Below are positions 9,608-19,538 of a DNA stretch of 64,000 nt, piece by piece. Made by a program: the position numbers and the translations under genes. The DNA comes from Candidatus Entotheonellaceae bacterium (GTDB taxonomy: Bacteria; Tectomicrobia; Entotheonellia; Entotheonellales; Entotheonellaceae). The notes beneath the pieces are model-generated. The model had not been told where the DNA came from and ran no database searches. It saw only the letters and a list, made by a program, of their open reading frames with translations. The stretch is taken from assembly GCA_965238075.1 (NCBI GenBank), contig OZ250173.1:1344001-1408000 (forward strand), in the 5' to 3' direction. Numbering within the stretch: the stretch's first letter is position 1; each line of letters begins with the position of its first letter.

Positions 9608-10354
9608 ATGCGACTAGCAGGGAAAGTAGCATTGATCAGCGGGGCCGCTGGCGGCATGGGGGCTGAAGAGGCGCGGCTGTTTGCCCGCGAGGGCGCCAAG
9701 GTGGTCATCACGGACGTACTGGAAGCGGAAGGCGGCCAGGTCGAGGCGGAGATTCGCGGCGCCGGCGGCGAGGCGGTGTTCGTGCCCATGGACGTGACCC
9801 GCGAGGCCGACTGGGAGCAGGCGGTGGGCACCGCCGTGCAGCGCTTCGGCAAGCTGGACGTGCTGGTCAACAACGCCGGTCTGAGCAGCACCTCGGTGGA
9901 CGACCCGCTGGAGACGGCGGGCTGGCACCGCATCATGCAGGTGAACACCACCGGCGTGTTCCTGGGCACGCGGTTCGCCATTCCGGCGATGCAGGCCGCG
10001 GGCGGCGGCTCGATCGTCAACATCTCCTCGATCATGGGCTTCGTGGGCGGCGAGTCCGGCCACCCGGCCTACCACGCCTCCAAGGGCGCCGTGCGCATCT
10101 TCACCAAGGCCATCGCCGTGCAGTACGGACCTCAGAACATCCGCGCCAATTCCGTCCACCCCGGCTTCATGCCGCCCATGCGCTCGGCCCGCCAGACCGC
10201 CGAAGACCGGCAGGTCCGCATCGCGGCCACGCCCCTGCGCCGCCTCGGCAAGCTCATCGAGGTGGCCAACGGGGTGCTGTTCCTGGCCTCGGACGAGGCG
10301 TCTTTTATTACGGGCACCGAGTTGGTCATCGACGGCGGCTACATCGCCAGGTAG
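9608..10354 (+). CDS. Short-chain dehydrogenase/reductase
   Basis: SGAAGGMG, NNAG, YHASK, NSVHPG. Confidence 0.92.
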   Translation: MRLAGKVALISGAAGGMGAEEARLFAREGAKVVITDVLEAEGGQVEAEIRGAGGEAVFVPMDVTREADWEQAVGTAVQRFGKLDVLVNNAGLSSTSVDDPLETAGWHRIMQVNTTGVFLGTRFAIPAMQAAGGGSIVNISSIMGFVGGESGHPAYHASKGAVRIFTKAIAVQYGPQNIRANSVHPGFMPPMRSARQTAEDRQVRIAATPLRRLGKLIEVANGVLFLASDEASFITGTELVIDGGYIAR

Positions 10355-10366
10355 TGCCTAGCTGTC

Positions 10367-12175
10367 TCAGGGGCTCCGCAGCGGGTCCCTGAGGCTGCGC
10401 ACGAAGCGGATGAGCTGCCAGCGCTCGGCGTCCGACAGCGTGTGCTCGAAGCCGGGCATCGCCGTTCCCGCCATGCCATACGTCAGCCACCAGAAAATAT
10501 CGCCGTCGGTGTGATCGTCGACGTGGTCCGCCGTCAGGTCGGCGGGGGGCACGGCGAGGGCCGCGGCTGCCGTGCCGTCGCCGCGGCCTGCCGGGCCGTG
10601 GCAGGGAGCGCAGTGCGTGTTGAACAAAGCCGCCCCGCGTTCCACCGTGGCGGGACCTGGCGGCAGCGGGTTTACCACGTAGGACGTGGGATAGGCATCG
10701 ACGAGCACGACGCGCAGACAGAGCGCCGCGCCGCAGGCGAACAGCGCCAGGCCAACGGGAGCCGACCACAGCGGCAGACGGCGGCGCTGGCTGGCCCACA
10801 GCATGAAGACGGCCAGGGCGGTCAGCAGCACGCCAAGCACGCACGAGAAGATGTTCAGCGGGGAAATCATCACGGCAGCCGGCTCGAAGCGGCGCAGGCG
10901 CCCGAGATCGAGCGCCCCGGTGTCGGCGGTAAAGTCCACGGTGGTGCGCAGGGCGGAGGACTCAGGGGGCTGAACGGTCACCTGTACCTGCCAGTCCCCG
11001 GCCATGGATATGAGTCCTGAGGCGGTGTAGCGTCCGGGGCCGACGGGATCGGCGGTCACGTCCGACAGGCCCATGTCGTGATCGACCATGCGCATGTACA
11101 ACGAGACGGTGCTGCCGGACGGCATGGGTTGGCCGTTTCGCGCCGACAGGGTGACGTCAAACGTCACCCGGCCGATGTCGTTCGTCGGCGCCATGGCGAG
11201 GTGCACGTCCAGAGTCCCCATGCGTCGCTGCCACTCTTGGCGCCCGACGTGTCCGGGCCGCTCGGCGGGCGTGTAGGTGGTGAGCACACCGGCCAACACC
11301 ATGCCGCACAGAATGAGGCCGGCCTCGATCTGCACCAGGATCTGCAAGCGCCGCAGCACCTGCGCGGCTCCGTCGGGCACAAAGCGCCGCGCCTGCCGGG
11401 TCAGCGCCGGACCGATGGCCAGGAGGTGTGCGCTGGCGATGCCCAGGGCAAGCACGAAGGCGATCAGTTTGCCCAGCAGGGCGCGCCCGTAGGGGGTGAT
11501 GGTGAGCGCTTCGGGTCCGTAAACGTGCAGGAAGGTGGCGACGGCGCCCGTGGTGGCCAAGGCCAGCGTGGCGCCGAGCGCCAAAGCCGAAAAGCGCCGC
11601 ACCAGGCGGCCAATGGGGCGTGTGTGGCGGGTGAGGTCGCCGCGCAGCAGACGCCAAGGCAGGGCGGCAAAGCACAGCAAGCCGCCCCCCCAGGTCACGG
11701 CTGCCAGGACGTGCACGATGTCGCTGCAGAAGGGGATGACATCCGGACGGGCGGCGGCGTGACTGGTAAGGCTGACCGCGGCCACGAGCGTCAGCCCGAC
11801 GACGCCCGTGCCCACCCCCCCGGTTTTGGAGGTCCGGTGTTGCGTCAGCACGAACAGGACGGCGAACACCGGCGCCAGAACCGCCTTGATCAGGCTCATC
11901 TGTCCATAGCGCGATGCTGTCAGGAACAGCCACACGTCCGCCGGCACGGATACATCGACCACTTCGCCCGCCGCCCGTACCGCTTCCGCAAGCCCGGACA
12001 GCGCGAACAGGATGGCGCCGGCGATGACCCCGAATCGGATGCGCTTCGCCGCTCGCGCGGAGGCGGCATCGTCAGCGTCGCCGTATACCGGCCGCCACAC
12101 CGCCAGCCAGAACACCACGCCGCCGCCCAACGCCATGAACGCGGTAAAATGAACGGCTTTCAGAACGGCATACAT
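10367..12175 (-). CDS. CopD-family copper membrane protein fused to YtkA/FixH-like domain and C-terminal cytochrome c
   Basis: SLTSHAAA, DIVHVLAAVTWGGGL, RRFS, TPYGRALLGK (CopD); MVDHDMG..GRY..SMAGDWQV (YtkA); CAPCHG..GDG, PADLT, TDGDIFW, GTAMPGF (cyt c). Confidence 0.85.
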   Translation of the reverse strand: MYAVLKAVHFTAFMALGGGVVFWLAVWRPVYGDADDAASARAAKRIRFGVIAGAILFALSGLAEAVRAAGEVVDVSVPADVWLFLTASRYGQMSLIKAVLAPVFAVLFVLTQHRTSKTGGVGTGVVGLTLVAAVSLTSHAAARPDVIPFCSDIVHVLAAVTWGGGLLCFAALPWRLLRGDLTRHTRPIGRLVRRFSALALGATLALATTGAVATFLHVYGPEALTITPYGRALLGKLIAFVLALGIASAHLLAIGPALTRQARRFVPDGAAQVLRRLQILVQIEAGLILCGMVLAGVLTTYTPAERPGHVGRQEWQRRMGTLDVHLAMAPTNDIGRVTFDVTLSARNGQPMPSGSTVSLYMRMVDHDMGLSDVTADPVGPGRYTASGLISMAGDWQVQVTVQPPESSALRTTVDFTADTGALDLGRLRRFEPAAVMISPLNIFSCVLGVLLTALAVFMLWASQRRRLPLWSAPVGLALFACGAALCLRVVLVDAYPTSYVVNPLPPGPATVERGAALFNTHCAPCHGPAGRGDGTAAAALAVPPADLTADHVDDHTDGDIFWWLTYGMAGTAMPGFEHTLSDAERWQLIRFVRSLRDPLRSP

Positions 12176-12443
12176 GACTGGATTGCACCGGGGACTGCGG
12201 GGATTGGTTTCACGACGGATTCGACCAACCGCCGACGCTACCGGCTCCCCCCAGTCCTGTCAAGCGTGGGCCGTAGGTGCAATAATATATCCTGCGCGCC
12301 GCGGACAAATTGACCTTCCCAAGCCCCTCCCAGAGAGAAGGGCTTTACGCACGGCAACCAGGTACAATCAGGGAATCGAGACCCAGATCACCGCGCAGGG
12401 CCTCTAGCCATACGAGCGAGGGTAGCGAGAGGAAGGCAGACCC

Positions 12444-13733
12444 ATGGCGAAAATTGAGGGGATCAGGTTCAAGAACTACCGGGTACTGCGGGATGTGACG
12501 CTTGGGAAACTATGGAACACGCAGCATGCCCAGCCATTAACGCCATTGACGGCAGTAATTGGAAAAAATGGAGTTGGCAAGAGTTCTCTGTTCGATGCCT
12601 TTGGCTTCCTTGCGGATTGCCTAAAACTTGGCGCGGAAGAGGCGTGCGATACGCGAGGACGCGGAGGCTTCGATCGCATCCGCTCTCAAGGCAGCGACAA
12701 CCCGATTGAATTCGAGGTCTATTACAGGGAAGAGAGCAAGGCCCGGCCCATTACGTACGAGCTCGCTATCGATCAGGACGCTTCGGGGCGTCCCTACGTT
12801 TCACGCGAACGTCTTCGCCAGCGCCGTACAAGACAAAGCCGCGGCCGGCCCTTCTCGTTTCTGATGATGGAAGATGCCAGGGGCGTGGTATGGCGAGGCG
12901 AAGCACCGGGACAGCAGATTGACGAGGGCGACTTCAGGACGCTGCTTGACTTGATCCTGAAATCGGAAGACTCGGAAGACGAAGAAAGTGCCGAACGGGA
13001 AGTTATTGAGCTTCAGGATAAGCGCAAGCTCGGCATCGCGACACTTGGAGCCTTGAAGCAGCATCCCAGAATATCGTCTTTTCGCCAGTTTATCGAAGGA
13101 TGGTACCTGAGCTACTTTACCCCGGACGCTGCCCGCAGTCTGCCGTTGGCTGGCCCTCAACGGCACCTGAATGTCCACGGGGATAACCTTGGCAACGTCG
13201 TTCAGTTCATGGAGCGCGAATATCCGGACAGATTCGGACGCATCCTGAATGAGATTGCAGAGAAGGTCCCCGGCATCGCCCGCATTGATACGGAACGGAC
13301 TGCGGATGGTCGATTGCTTCTCCGATTCAACGACAGGGGTTTCGATGACCCCTTCTACGCGCAGCAGATGTCCGATGGTACGTTGAAGGTCTTTGCCTAC
13401 CTGCTCATGCTGGAGGACCCGCAGCCGCCGCCATTCATTTGTATCGAGGAACCGGAGAACGGCCTTTATCACAAATTGCTGGAGGTTTTGGCCAACGAGT
13501 TCCGCCGCCACGCCGCCACGCACAGAAGGAACGCGCCGCAGGTTTTCGTCACGACGCACCAGCCCTATTTCGTCAACGCACTCGAACCCGAAGAGACATG
13601 GGTTCTGGAGAAGGAGGCGGACGGTTTCTCCACCATTCGCAGAGCCAGCGACGACGAAACCGTCAAAGCCATGTGGGGCGAGGGGTTGCCGCTCGGCGGT
13701 CTCTGGTACAGTGATTATCTGGACCGGGGGTAG
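12444..13733 (+). CDS. ABC-type/AAA_21 ATPase
   Basis: Walker A GKNGVGKS, signature MSDGT, Walker B ICIEEPENG, H-loop TTH. Confidence 0.88.
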   Translation: MAKIEGIRFKNYRVLRDVTLGKLWNTQHAQPLTPLTAVIGKNGVGKSSLFDAFGFLADCLKLGAEEACDTRGRGGFDRIRSQGSDNPIEFEVYYREESKARPITYELAIDQDASGRPYVSRERLRQRRTRQSRGRPFSFLMMEDARGVVWRGEAPGQQIDEGDFRTLLDLILKSEDSEDEESAEREVIELQDKRKLGIATLGALKQHPRISSFRQFIEGWYLSYFTPDAARSLPLAGPQRHLNVHGDNLGNVVQFMEREYPDRFGRILNEIAEKVPGIARIDTERTADGRLLLRFNDRGFDDPFYAQQMSDGTLKVFAYLLMLEDPQPPPFICIEEPENGLYHKLLEVLANEFRRHAATHRRNAPQVFVTTHQPYFVNALEPEETWVLEKEADGFSTIRRASDDETVKAMWGEGLPLGGLWYSDYLDRG

Positions 13734-13735
13734 GG

Positions 13736-14389
13736 GTGCATTTTGAAGTGTTGATCGAAGACCAATCCGGAAGAACGGCGCTCGAAGTCATTTTGGAGAA
13801 GATTCTCGGCGCCAACGCTGTGGAACATTCCTGGCGGATTCACCCTTACAGGGGTGCTGGCCACATACCAAAGAACTTGCGTGGTGTCACCGACCCACGT
13901 AGACGGATACTCCTGGATCGATTACCGAGTCTGTTACGCGGATACGGGAAGAGCCTTCGAGATCCCTCCGCGGTTGTCGTGATCGCGGACTTGGACAACA
14001 GGGATTGCATGGCGTTCAAGCAGGAATTACTCAACCTCTTGAAGACGTGCGACCCGTGTCCGAGAGCGCTGTTCCGAATCGCCAACGAGGAGAGTGAGGC
14101 GTGGCTACTGGGAGACCGGGATGCGGTGAAGACAGCCTATCCCAGGGCAAAGAATGCGGTTCTGGATAATTATGTACAGGACAATATATGCGGCACCTGG
14201 GAAATTCTCGCGGACGCCATCCATCCGGGCGGAGCCTCAAGGCTCAAGAGACTGGGCTACCGTGAGGCAGGGGAGGCGAAACGTCAATGGGCTGAGGAAA
14301 TCGCTCCCCGCATGAACGTGGACAGAAACCAATCCGTGAGCTTTCGAGTGTTTCGAGATGGGTTGAGGGCTCTTGCGCGTATCAAGTGA
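13736..14389 (+). CDS. DUF4276-like TOPRIM-fold protein, partner of the ATPase
   Basis: VLIEDQS, IADLD (DxD), EESEAWLLGD, C-terminal NQSVSF; 2 nt after ATPase stop. Confidence 0.75.
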   Translation: MHFEVLIEDQSGRTALEVILEKILGANAVEHSWRIHPYRGAGHIPKNLRGVTDPRRRILLDRLPSLLRGYGKSLRDPSAVVVIADLDNRDCMAFKQELLNLLKTCDPCPRALFRIANEESEAWLLGDRDAVKTAYPRAKNAVLDNYVQDNICGTWEILADAIHPGGASRLKRLGYREAGEAKRQWAEEIAPRMNVDRNQSVSFRVFRDGLRALARIK

Positions 14390-14457
14390 ACGGCGCCGAG
14401 GTGAAGCCGACGCCACGATGGACAGTAGTCTCGCAAAGAAGGACCCGCCGAAACCCT

Positions 14458-15042
14458 ATGACCCGCTTCCTGAAGTACCTGTTTCCCGCATTCAGTATCG
14501 CGCTCAGCCTCGCCCTTGCCGGCTGCGGCACGGCCTCCGATTCGAATGATGACGCCAGCCCCACCGGCAGCCTGGAAATCCACCTCACGGATCACCGTGA
14601 GGCCATCGGCGATTTCGCCCGCCTCGAGGTGGAAATCGACACGGTGCGGCTGCACCCCAAGCGTCTCCTGTCGCTGCGCAAGTCCGACTGGCTCGACCTA
14701 CAGCCTGACGTGGCCAGCGTCGACCTGACGCAAGTCACCGAAAAGCGCACTGTCGCCATCTGGCGCGGCGAGTTGCCGACCGGGCGCTTCGAAGCCCTCC
14801 ACCTCAAGCTCAAGCGCGCCGACGGCGAGCTTAAAGAGTCAGCCGGAGCCACTCCGGTGACCGACGAGGCGCGGCCCATTCGCCTGCCGTTCGACATCCG
14901 CACGAACGACGTTACCCGCATCGTCGTCGATCTCGTCGTCCTCGACATGAGCGACCACCCGAAGCGCGGCTACGAGGTGCACGTGCGCGGCTACGAGCTT
15001 TACTACAACGACGCCCTGGCCGATAAGGTGCCACCGGGCTAA
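14458..15042 (+). CDS. DUF4382-like lipoprotein
   Basis: Lipobox LAGC after MTRFLKYLF..; GSLEIHLTD, VDLTQ, GELPTGRFEALHL. Confidence 0.7.
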   Translation: MTRFLKYLFPAFSIALSLALAGCGTASDSNDDASPTGSLEIHLTDHREAIGDFARLEVEIDTVRLHPKRLLSLRKSDWLDLQPDVASVDLTQVTEKRTVAIWRGELPTGRFEALHLKLKRADGELKESAGATPVTDEARPIRLPFDIRTNDVTRIVVDLVVLDMSDHPKRGYEVHVRGYELYYNDALADKVPPG

Positions 15043-15070
15043 ACCGTCAACCGCTGCCGTGGAGACCGGG

Positions 15071-15694
15071 ATGCAGCGTCTTTGGGCCCCCTTGCTTGTG
15101 ATCGTCGTCGGCGCGGTGAGCGTTTTCCTGTGGGCGGGTCTGGTCCGCTTTGCCCGGCAGGCGCCCGCGCTGGAGCCGCTTGGCACGCTGCCGGCCTTTG
15201 ACCTGATCGAGCGCCGTCAAGCACCGTTGCGCCTCGACGACCTGCGCGGCAAGGTGTGGGTGGCGAACTTCATGTACACGTCGTGCGTCGAGGTGTGCCC
15301 GCTGCAGAGCGCCGAGATGGCGCGTTTGCAGACGGCGTTTGCCGACCACGCGGACCTCCGCCTGGTGTCGATCAGCGTCGATCCCGAGCGCGACACCCCC
15401 GCGGTGCTGACGGCCTACGCCGAGAACTTTCGGGCTGACCCCGAGCGCTGGTTCTTCGCCACCGGCGAACCGGACGCCGTCGCCCGCCTGGCGCAGGAGG
15501 GCTTCCGGCTGAGCGCCGCGTCGTACGTGTCCGGGGAAGACGGCGAGGACTACGCGTTTATTCACAGCAACCGCTTCGTTCTGGTCGACCGCCAGGGCCG
15601 CATTCGCGGCTATTATCGAAGCACGGACCCCGACGACCTGGCACGGCTGCGGCGTGACCTGACGGTGCTGCTGCAGCAGGTCGCCGCGTCATGA
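15071..15694 (+). CDS. SCO1/SenC family copper chaperone
   Basis: N-terminal TM, FMYTSCVEVCP (CxxxC), SISVDPERDTP, IHSNRFVLVD. Confidence 0.92.
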   Translation: MQRLWAPLLVIVVGAVSVFLWAGLVRFARQAPALEPLGTLPAFDLIERRQAPLRLDDLRGKVWVANFMYTSCVEVCPLQSAEMARLQTAFADHADLRLVSISVDPERDTPAVLTAYAENFRADPERWFFATGEPDAVARLAQEGFRLSAASYVSGEDGEDYAFIHSNRFVLVDRQGRIRGYYRSTDPDDLARLRRDLTVLLQQVAAS

Positions 15695-15727
15695 GCCGCC
15701 GCTTTCAGGCGGCGATGAGGAGATGCG

Positions 15728-16237
15728 ATGCAAGCTGAGGAGTTGCGTGTCATGCAGGCGCCATTCAAACAACGCTACCGCGAGGCGCCCGAGTCGGCGC
15801 TGATTACGCTGTCGGCGCGCGGCAGCCTGGACGACGGCCTGACGTGCTCGGTGGAAACGGGCAAGGCCCTGGTGCAGGCCGGCTTGCATCCCGCCACCGG
15901 CGGCGACGGTTTATCGGCGTGCTCCGGCGACATGCTGTTGCAGGCGTTGGTCGCCTGTGCCGGCGTCACCCTGCGGGCGGTGGCTACGGCGCTTGGTGTG
16001 ACGCTGCACGGTGGTACGCTGGTGGCTGAAGGAGAGTTGGACTTTCGCGGCACCTTGGGCGTGAGCAAGGAAGCGCCGGTGGGATTTTCCAATATCCGGC
16101 TGAACCTCGACCTCGACACGGATGCCACGCCGGAGCAGCTACGCGGCCTGCTGTCGCTGACCGAGCGGTACTGCGTGGTGTATCAGACGCTGCGCAGCCA
16201 GCCGGACGTGGCCGTCAATCTCGTCAATCCTGCCTGA
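15728..16237 (+). CDS. OsmC family protein
   Basis: AGLHPATGG, CSGDMLLQALVACAG, LDFRGTLG, TERYCVVYQTL. Confidence 0.88.
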   Translation: MQAEELRVMQAPFKQRYREAPESALITLSARGSLDDGLTCSVETGKALVQAGLHPATGGDGLSACSGDMLLQALVACAGVTLRAVATALGVTLHGGTLVAEGELDFRGTLGVSKEAPVGFSNIRLNLDLDTDATPEQLRGLLSLTERYCVVYQTLRSQPDVAVNLVNPA

Positions 16238-16242
16238 AACGC

Positions 16243-16279
16243 AAGCAGGGGAGCGGCCTGAACGCCGTTCCCCTGCTTT
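16243..16279. terminator. Probable bidirectional intrinsic terminator
   Basis: aagcaggggagcggc-N6-gccgttcccctgctt hairpin between convergent genes. Confidence 0.7.
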
Positions 16280-16339
16280 ATATCCTGCTGAATGTCGGAT
16301 CACACTGCTTCAATCCGACCTACATCCATCCAAAATGCC

Positions 16340-17233
16340 CTACGCCACGGTCACCTTTGACAGGCCGAGTTCGGCGATGCGGTTGAGCACGGTCTCGCGC
16401 TCCGCGTCGGTGAGCGGCAGGCCGGGCGGCCGCGGGTCGCCGCAGTCGATGCCGAGACGCTCGCTGAGCACGGCCTTGATGGTGCTGTGCAGGCCGTACG
16501 TGCGCACGATGTTGGTGACGTCGGTGGCGTGGTCCTGTGCCGCCTCGGCACGTTTCCAGTCGCCGTCCTGGTACGCCTGCCAGACTTCGACCCACAATTC
16601 GGGCGCCATGTTGGGCGGGCCGTCCACGCAGCCGCAGGCGCCGACGGTGAGGCCGGGCAGCATGAGGGCGCTGTTGCCGACGAAGCAGGCGAGGCCCATC
16701 TTGGCGAATTCGCGCACGTTGGTGAAGGTGAGGGCGGAATGCTTCAGGCCAGTGAGTTGCGGCACACCGTCCTGAATCCTCTTCATCAGGTCGGGCATGA
16801 TTTCGGTGCCGGTGGCTTGCGGCAGGTTGTAGACGAACAGCGGCAGGTCGGCGGCCGCGCCCACGACGCGGTAGTGTTCGACGATGGCTTCATCGCTGGG
16901 TTTGTAGAAAAAGGGCGGCACGCAGCAGATGGCTTCGACGCCGGCGCGGGCGGCGTGCTCGGCGAGGCGTGCGGCGCGGCCAGTGGTGCTGGCGCCCACG
17001 TGCATGATGTTGGCGATGCGGCCCTGGGACTGGTCGGCGGCGATAGTGGCGATGCGCATATTCTCGTCGTCGTCCAGCAGCACGCTCTCACCCGTGCCGC
17101 CCGCCACCCAGAAGCCGTGCACGCCAGCCTGGATGTTGAATTCCATCACTTCCCGAAAGGCCGCTTCGTTTAGCGCCCCTTCCGGGGTCATAGGGGTGAT
17201 AATGGCAGGGAACACCCCGCGAAACTTCGTCAT
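16340..17233 (-). CDS. DHDPS/N-acetylneuraminate lyase family class I aldolase
   Basis: GVFPAIITPM, GGTGES, PPFFY, YNLP, GLKHS; ATG at 17233 after GGGAGA. Confidence 0.88.
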   Translation of the reverse strand: MTKFRGVFPAIITPMTPEGALNEAAFREVMEFNIQAGVHGFWVAGGTGESVLLDDDENMRIATIAADQSQGRIANIMHVGASTTGRAARLAEHAARAGVEAICCVPPFFYKPSDEAIVEHYRVVGAAADLPLFVYNLPQATGTEIMPDLMKRIQDGVPQLTGLKHSALTFTNVREFAKMGLACFVGNSALMLPGLTVGACGCVDGPPNMAPELWVEVWQAYQDGDWKRAEAAQDHATDVTNIVRTYGLHSTIKAVLSERLGIDCGDPRPPGLPLTDAERETVLNRIAELGLSKVTVA

Positions 17234-17357
17234 GAGTACGTCTCCCTCGCCCGGCTGTTCGGGCGCTATGTCGTGGTGTGAAGCCATCAAAATACGGTTG
17301 TCGTGGCTTTGCAAACCTTAGCATACCGGGGTGCGGCTATCCACAGCGGCGCGGCGG

Positions 17358-17801
17358 TCAGCCGTACACGACCACCCGTTCGGACAGCGCGTCGAGCGAC
17401 GAGAAGTCACGGCCATGCGTGACCACGCCGATACTTGAGGTTTCCAGCGCGGTGGCAACCTGCACGGCGTCCGGCAGGCGCAGCCTGGAGCGCGCACGAA
17501 TCCGAGCGGCGCGATGCGCAATGGCAGCGGTTAGCTCCACCAAGCGCCAAGTGGGTGGGGTCGTCAGGACGTCACGATAACGCTCCGCCAAGCGTTCATT
17601 GCCGGTGCGAAGCGGGCCGGTAAGCACCTCGGCCAGCGTGAGCGCCGAGATTACCAATTCGCGGCCGCCGGCCTCGGCGCGCTCGAAGAACGGCGCGAAA
17701 CGCGGTGCGAATACGGCGTCATCCTCCAGCAGATAGATGATCGGCGCACTGTCCACCACGACCCGACCACGCGGCAGTTCGCTGATATCCGTCAACGCCA
17801 T
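17358..17801 (-). CDS. vapC: PIN-domain toxin (VapC-like)
   Basis: VVDSAPIIY, LAEVL, LPDAVQVATA; the usual last Asp (T.D) is replaced by THG. Confidence 0.8.
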   Translation of the reverse strand: MALTDISELPRGRVVVDSAPIIYLLEDDAVFAPRFAPFFERAEAGGRELVISALTLAEVLTGPLRTGNERLAERYRDVLTTPPTWRLVELTAAIAHRAARIRARSRLRLPDAVQVATALETSSIGVVTHGRDFSSLDALSERVVVYG

Positions 17802-18040
17802 TCGTCGCGGAGTCCTTCGACAAAGCGCCGAGCGTCACCGAAACAGCCCCCGGCAGAGCCGCGCAGATCCGACAGCTTTGGCGCTTCCCGAATGGCGTGC
17901 GACACGGGCACAACGGCAGCGTACGGCATGCCGCGCTTGGTAACGATGGTCACAGTGCCTTCTTGATGCGCCGACCTCAAGATCGACGGCAGCTTGGCCC
18001 GAGCCTCTTCAACCCCGGCAACCTGCACTTTGTCCGTCAT
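17792..18040 (-). CDS. Phd/YefM-type antitoxin
   Basis: GVEEARAKLPSIL..VTKRGMPYAAVVP; overlaps toxin start. Confidence 0.8.
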   Translation of the reverse strand: MTDKVQVAGVEEARAKLPSILRSAHQEGTVTIVTKRGMPYAAVVPVSHAIREAPKLSDLRGSAGGCFGDARRFVEGLRDEWR

Positions 18041-18120
18041 AAATGGCCTCCTCAAACTGTACGGTCCGTACATAATAAGCTGACCGAAAAGCGAGTGCAA
18101 TCAGAACGCATGGCAATTCC

Positions 18121-18796
18121 TCAGCTTGCCCCGGGCGACCGCCGCCTGACGGCGTCGTACCGCTTCCAATCCGGGACGTGCGCCGTCATCAGCGATTTGA
18201 ACAGCCTGCCGTGGTTGGCCACCCGCAGGTGCAGCAGTTCGTGCGCGATAACGAAGTCCTGAAAGCCGGGCATGAAGCGGCGCGAGGCGTTCCAGGTGAC
18301 CCCGTACCAGTAATCGAGGAGATGGGTGACGTTGAACAACTGGGCCGCGGCGATCAGCTCGGGCGTCTGTTGCTCGTAGCGCCGCAGTTGGGTGATGCCC
18401 CGCTCGATGGCGTCGCGGTCCGTCGGCTTTTTGTGCTCGACGATGGCGACCGGCACGCCGTTGGCGACGAACATGACGTCTGCCCGGTTGCGCTGGCGCG
18501 CCGGGGGCTTGGCCGTCCACTCCCAGGTGACGTGTAAGGCGTTGGCGCTCGGTGTGTCGAAGTCGATGAGCCGGACGGCGTGGCGGCGTTGTTCGGCTTC
18601 GTCATACCCCTGCCGCTCAATCGTGGAGCGGACGGCGTCATCAGCCATCGAGGGGTTGAAGCGGCGGAGTGCCGCCTCCAGTTCGCCGCGAAACAGCATG
18701 CCGTTCGTGCCGCCGCGCCGGGCCAGCGCCTCTTGCGGCGTGGCGCACCATCGGAAACTGGGCGGTGCCCGCTTCGGTGATGCCGGGTTCAGTCAT
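18121..18796 (-). pseudogene. hsdR: HsdR N-terminal remnant fused to C-terminus of an M48/YgjP-like metallopeptidase
   Basis: Frameshifted start [47 protein letters not shown] (HsdR_N); then [19 protein letters not shown] (HExxH). Confidence 0.75.
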
Positions 18797-18871
18797 GACG
18801 GCGCTCCGCTTGACCTGTTTTCGGATTAGTCATAGTGTTAGCTAACACTATTCTCAACTAAGGAGTCGGCA

Positions 18872-19105
18872 ATGGTAACGGTGAACATCCATGAGGCAAA
18901 GACCAACTTGTCGCGCCTGCTGGCGAAAGTCGAGGCCGGGGAAGATGTCGTCATCGCCCGCAACGGCACGCCGGTAGCACGGCTTGTGCCTGTACAAAGG
19001 CCGGGCAAACGGCAATTCGGCTCCATGAAAGGCCGGATCAAACTCGACGACAGCTTCTTTGATCCGCTGCCGGAAGAGGAATTGGCTGCTTGGGAGGGCA
19101 ATTGA
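18872..19105 (+). CDS. Phd/YefM antitoxin
   Basis: VNIHEAKTNLSRLL..GEDVVIARNGTPVARLVP. Confidence 0.92.
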   Translation: MVTVNIHEAKTNLSRLLAKVEAGEDVVIARNGTPVARLVPVQRPGKRQFGSMKGRIKLDDSFFDPLPEEELAAWEGN

Positions 19106-19108
19106 GCG

Positions 19109-19495
19109 TTGCGGCTGCTGCTCGACACCCAGGCGTTTTTTTGGTGGTTCTCCGGGAACAATCGCCTGTCGCTACCTGCGCGGCAGGCGATTGCGGATGA
19201 CGGCAACGACGTACTGGTTAGCGCGGCGTCGGCGTGGGAAATTGCCACCAAATACCGGCTCGGCAAACTCCCGAGCGCGGAGGAACTGGCCCTCGACATT
19301 CCCGCGGCCATCGCTGCACAGAACTTTGAGGAACTGCCAATCACCGTAGAGCATGCCGTGCGTGCCGGGTCCCTACCGGGTCCGCACCGCGACCCCTTCG
19401 ACCGCATGCTCATCGCCCAGGCGCTGACGCACAACCTCTTTTTCGTATCGAACGAATCGCTCTTCGACTGGTACGGCGTTCGCCGTCTCTGGTAA
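19109..19495 (+). CDS. vapC: VapC PIN toxin
   Basis: LLLDTQAFFW, SAASAWEI, HRDPFDRMLIAQA. Confidence 0.92.
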   Translation: MRLLLDTQAFFWWFSGNNRLSLPARQAIADDGNDVLVSAASAWEIATKYRLGKLPSAEELALDIPAAIAAQNFEELPITVEHAVRAGSLPGPHRDPFDRMLIAQALTHNLFFVSNESLFDWYGVRRLW

Positions 19496-19538
19496 CCCCT
19501 GCTTCCTTCGGGCTTTGCCGGAGGGCAACAGGACCCAA

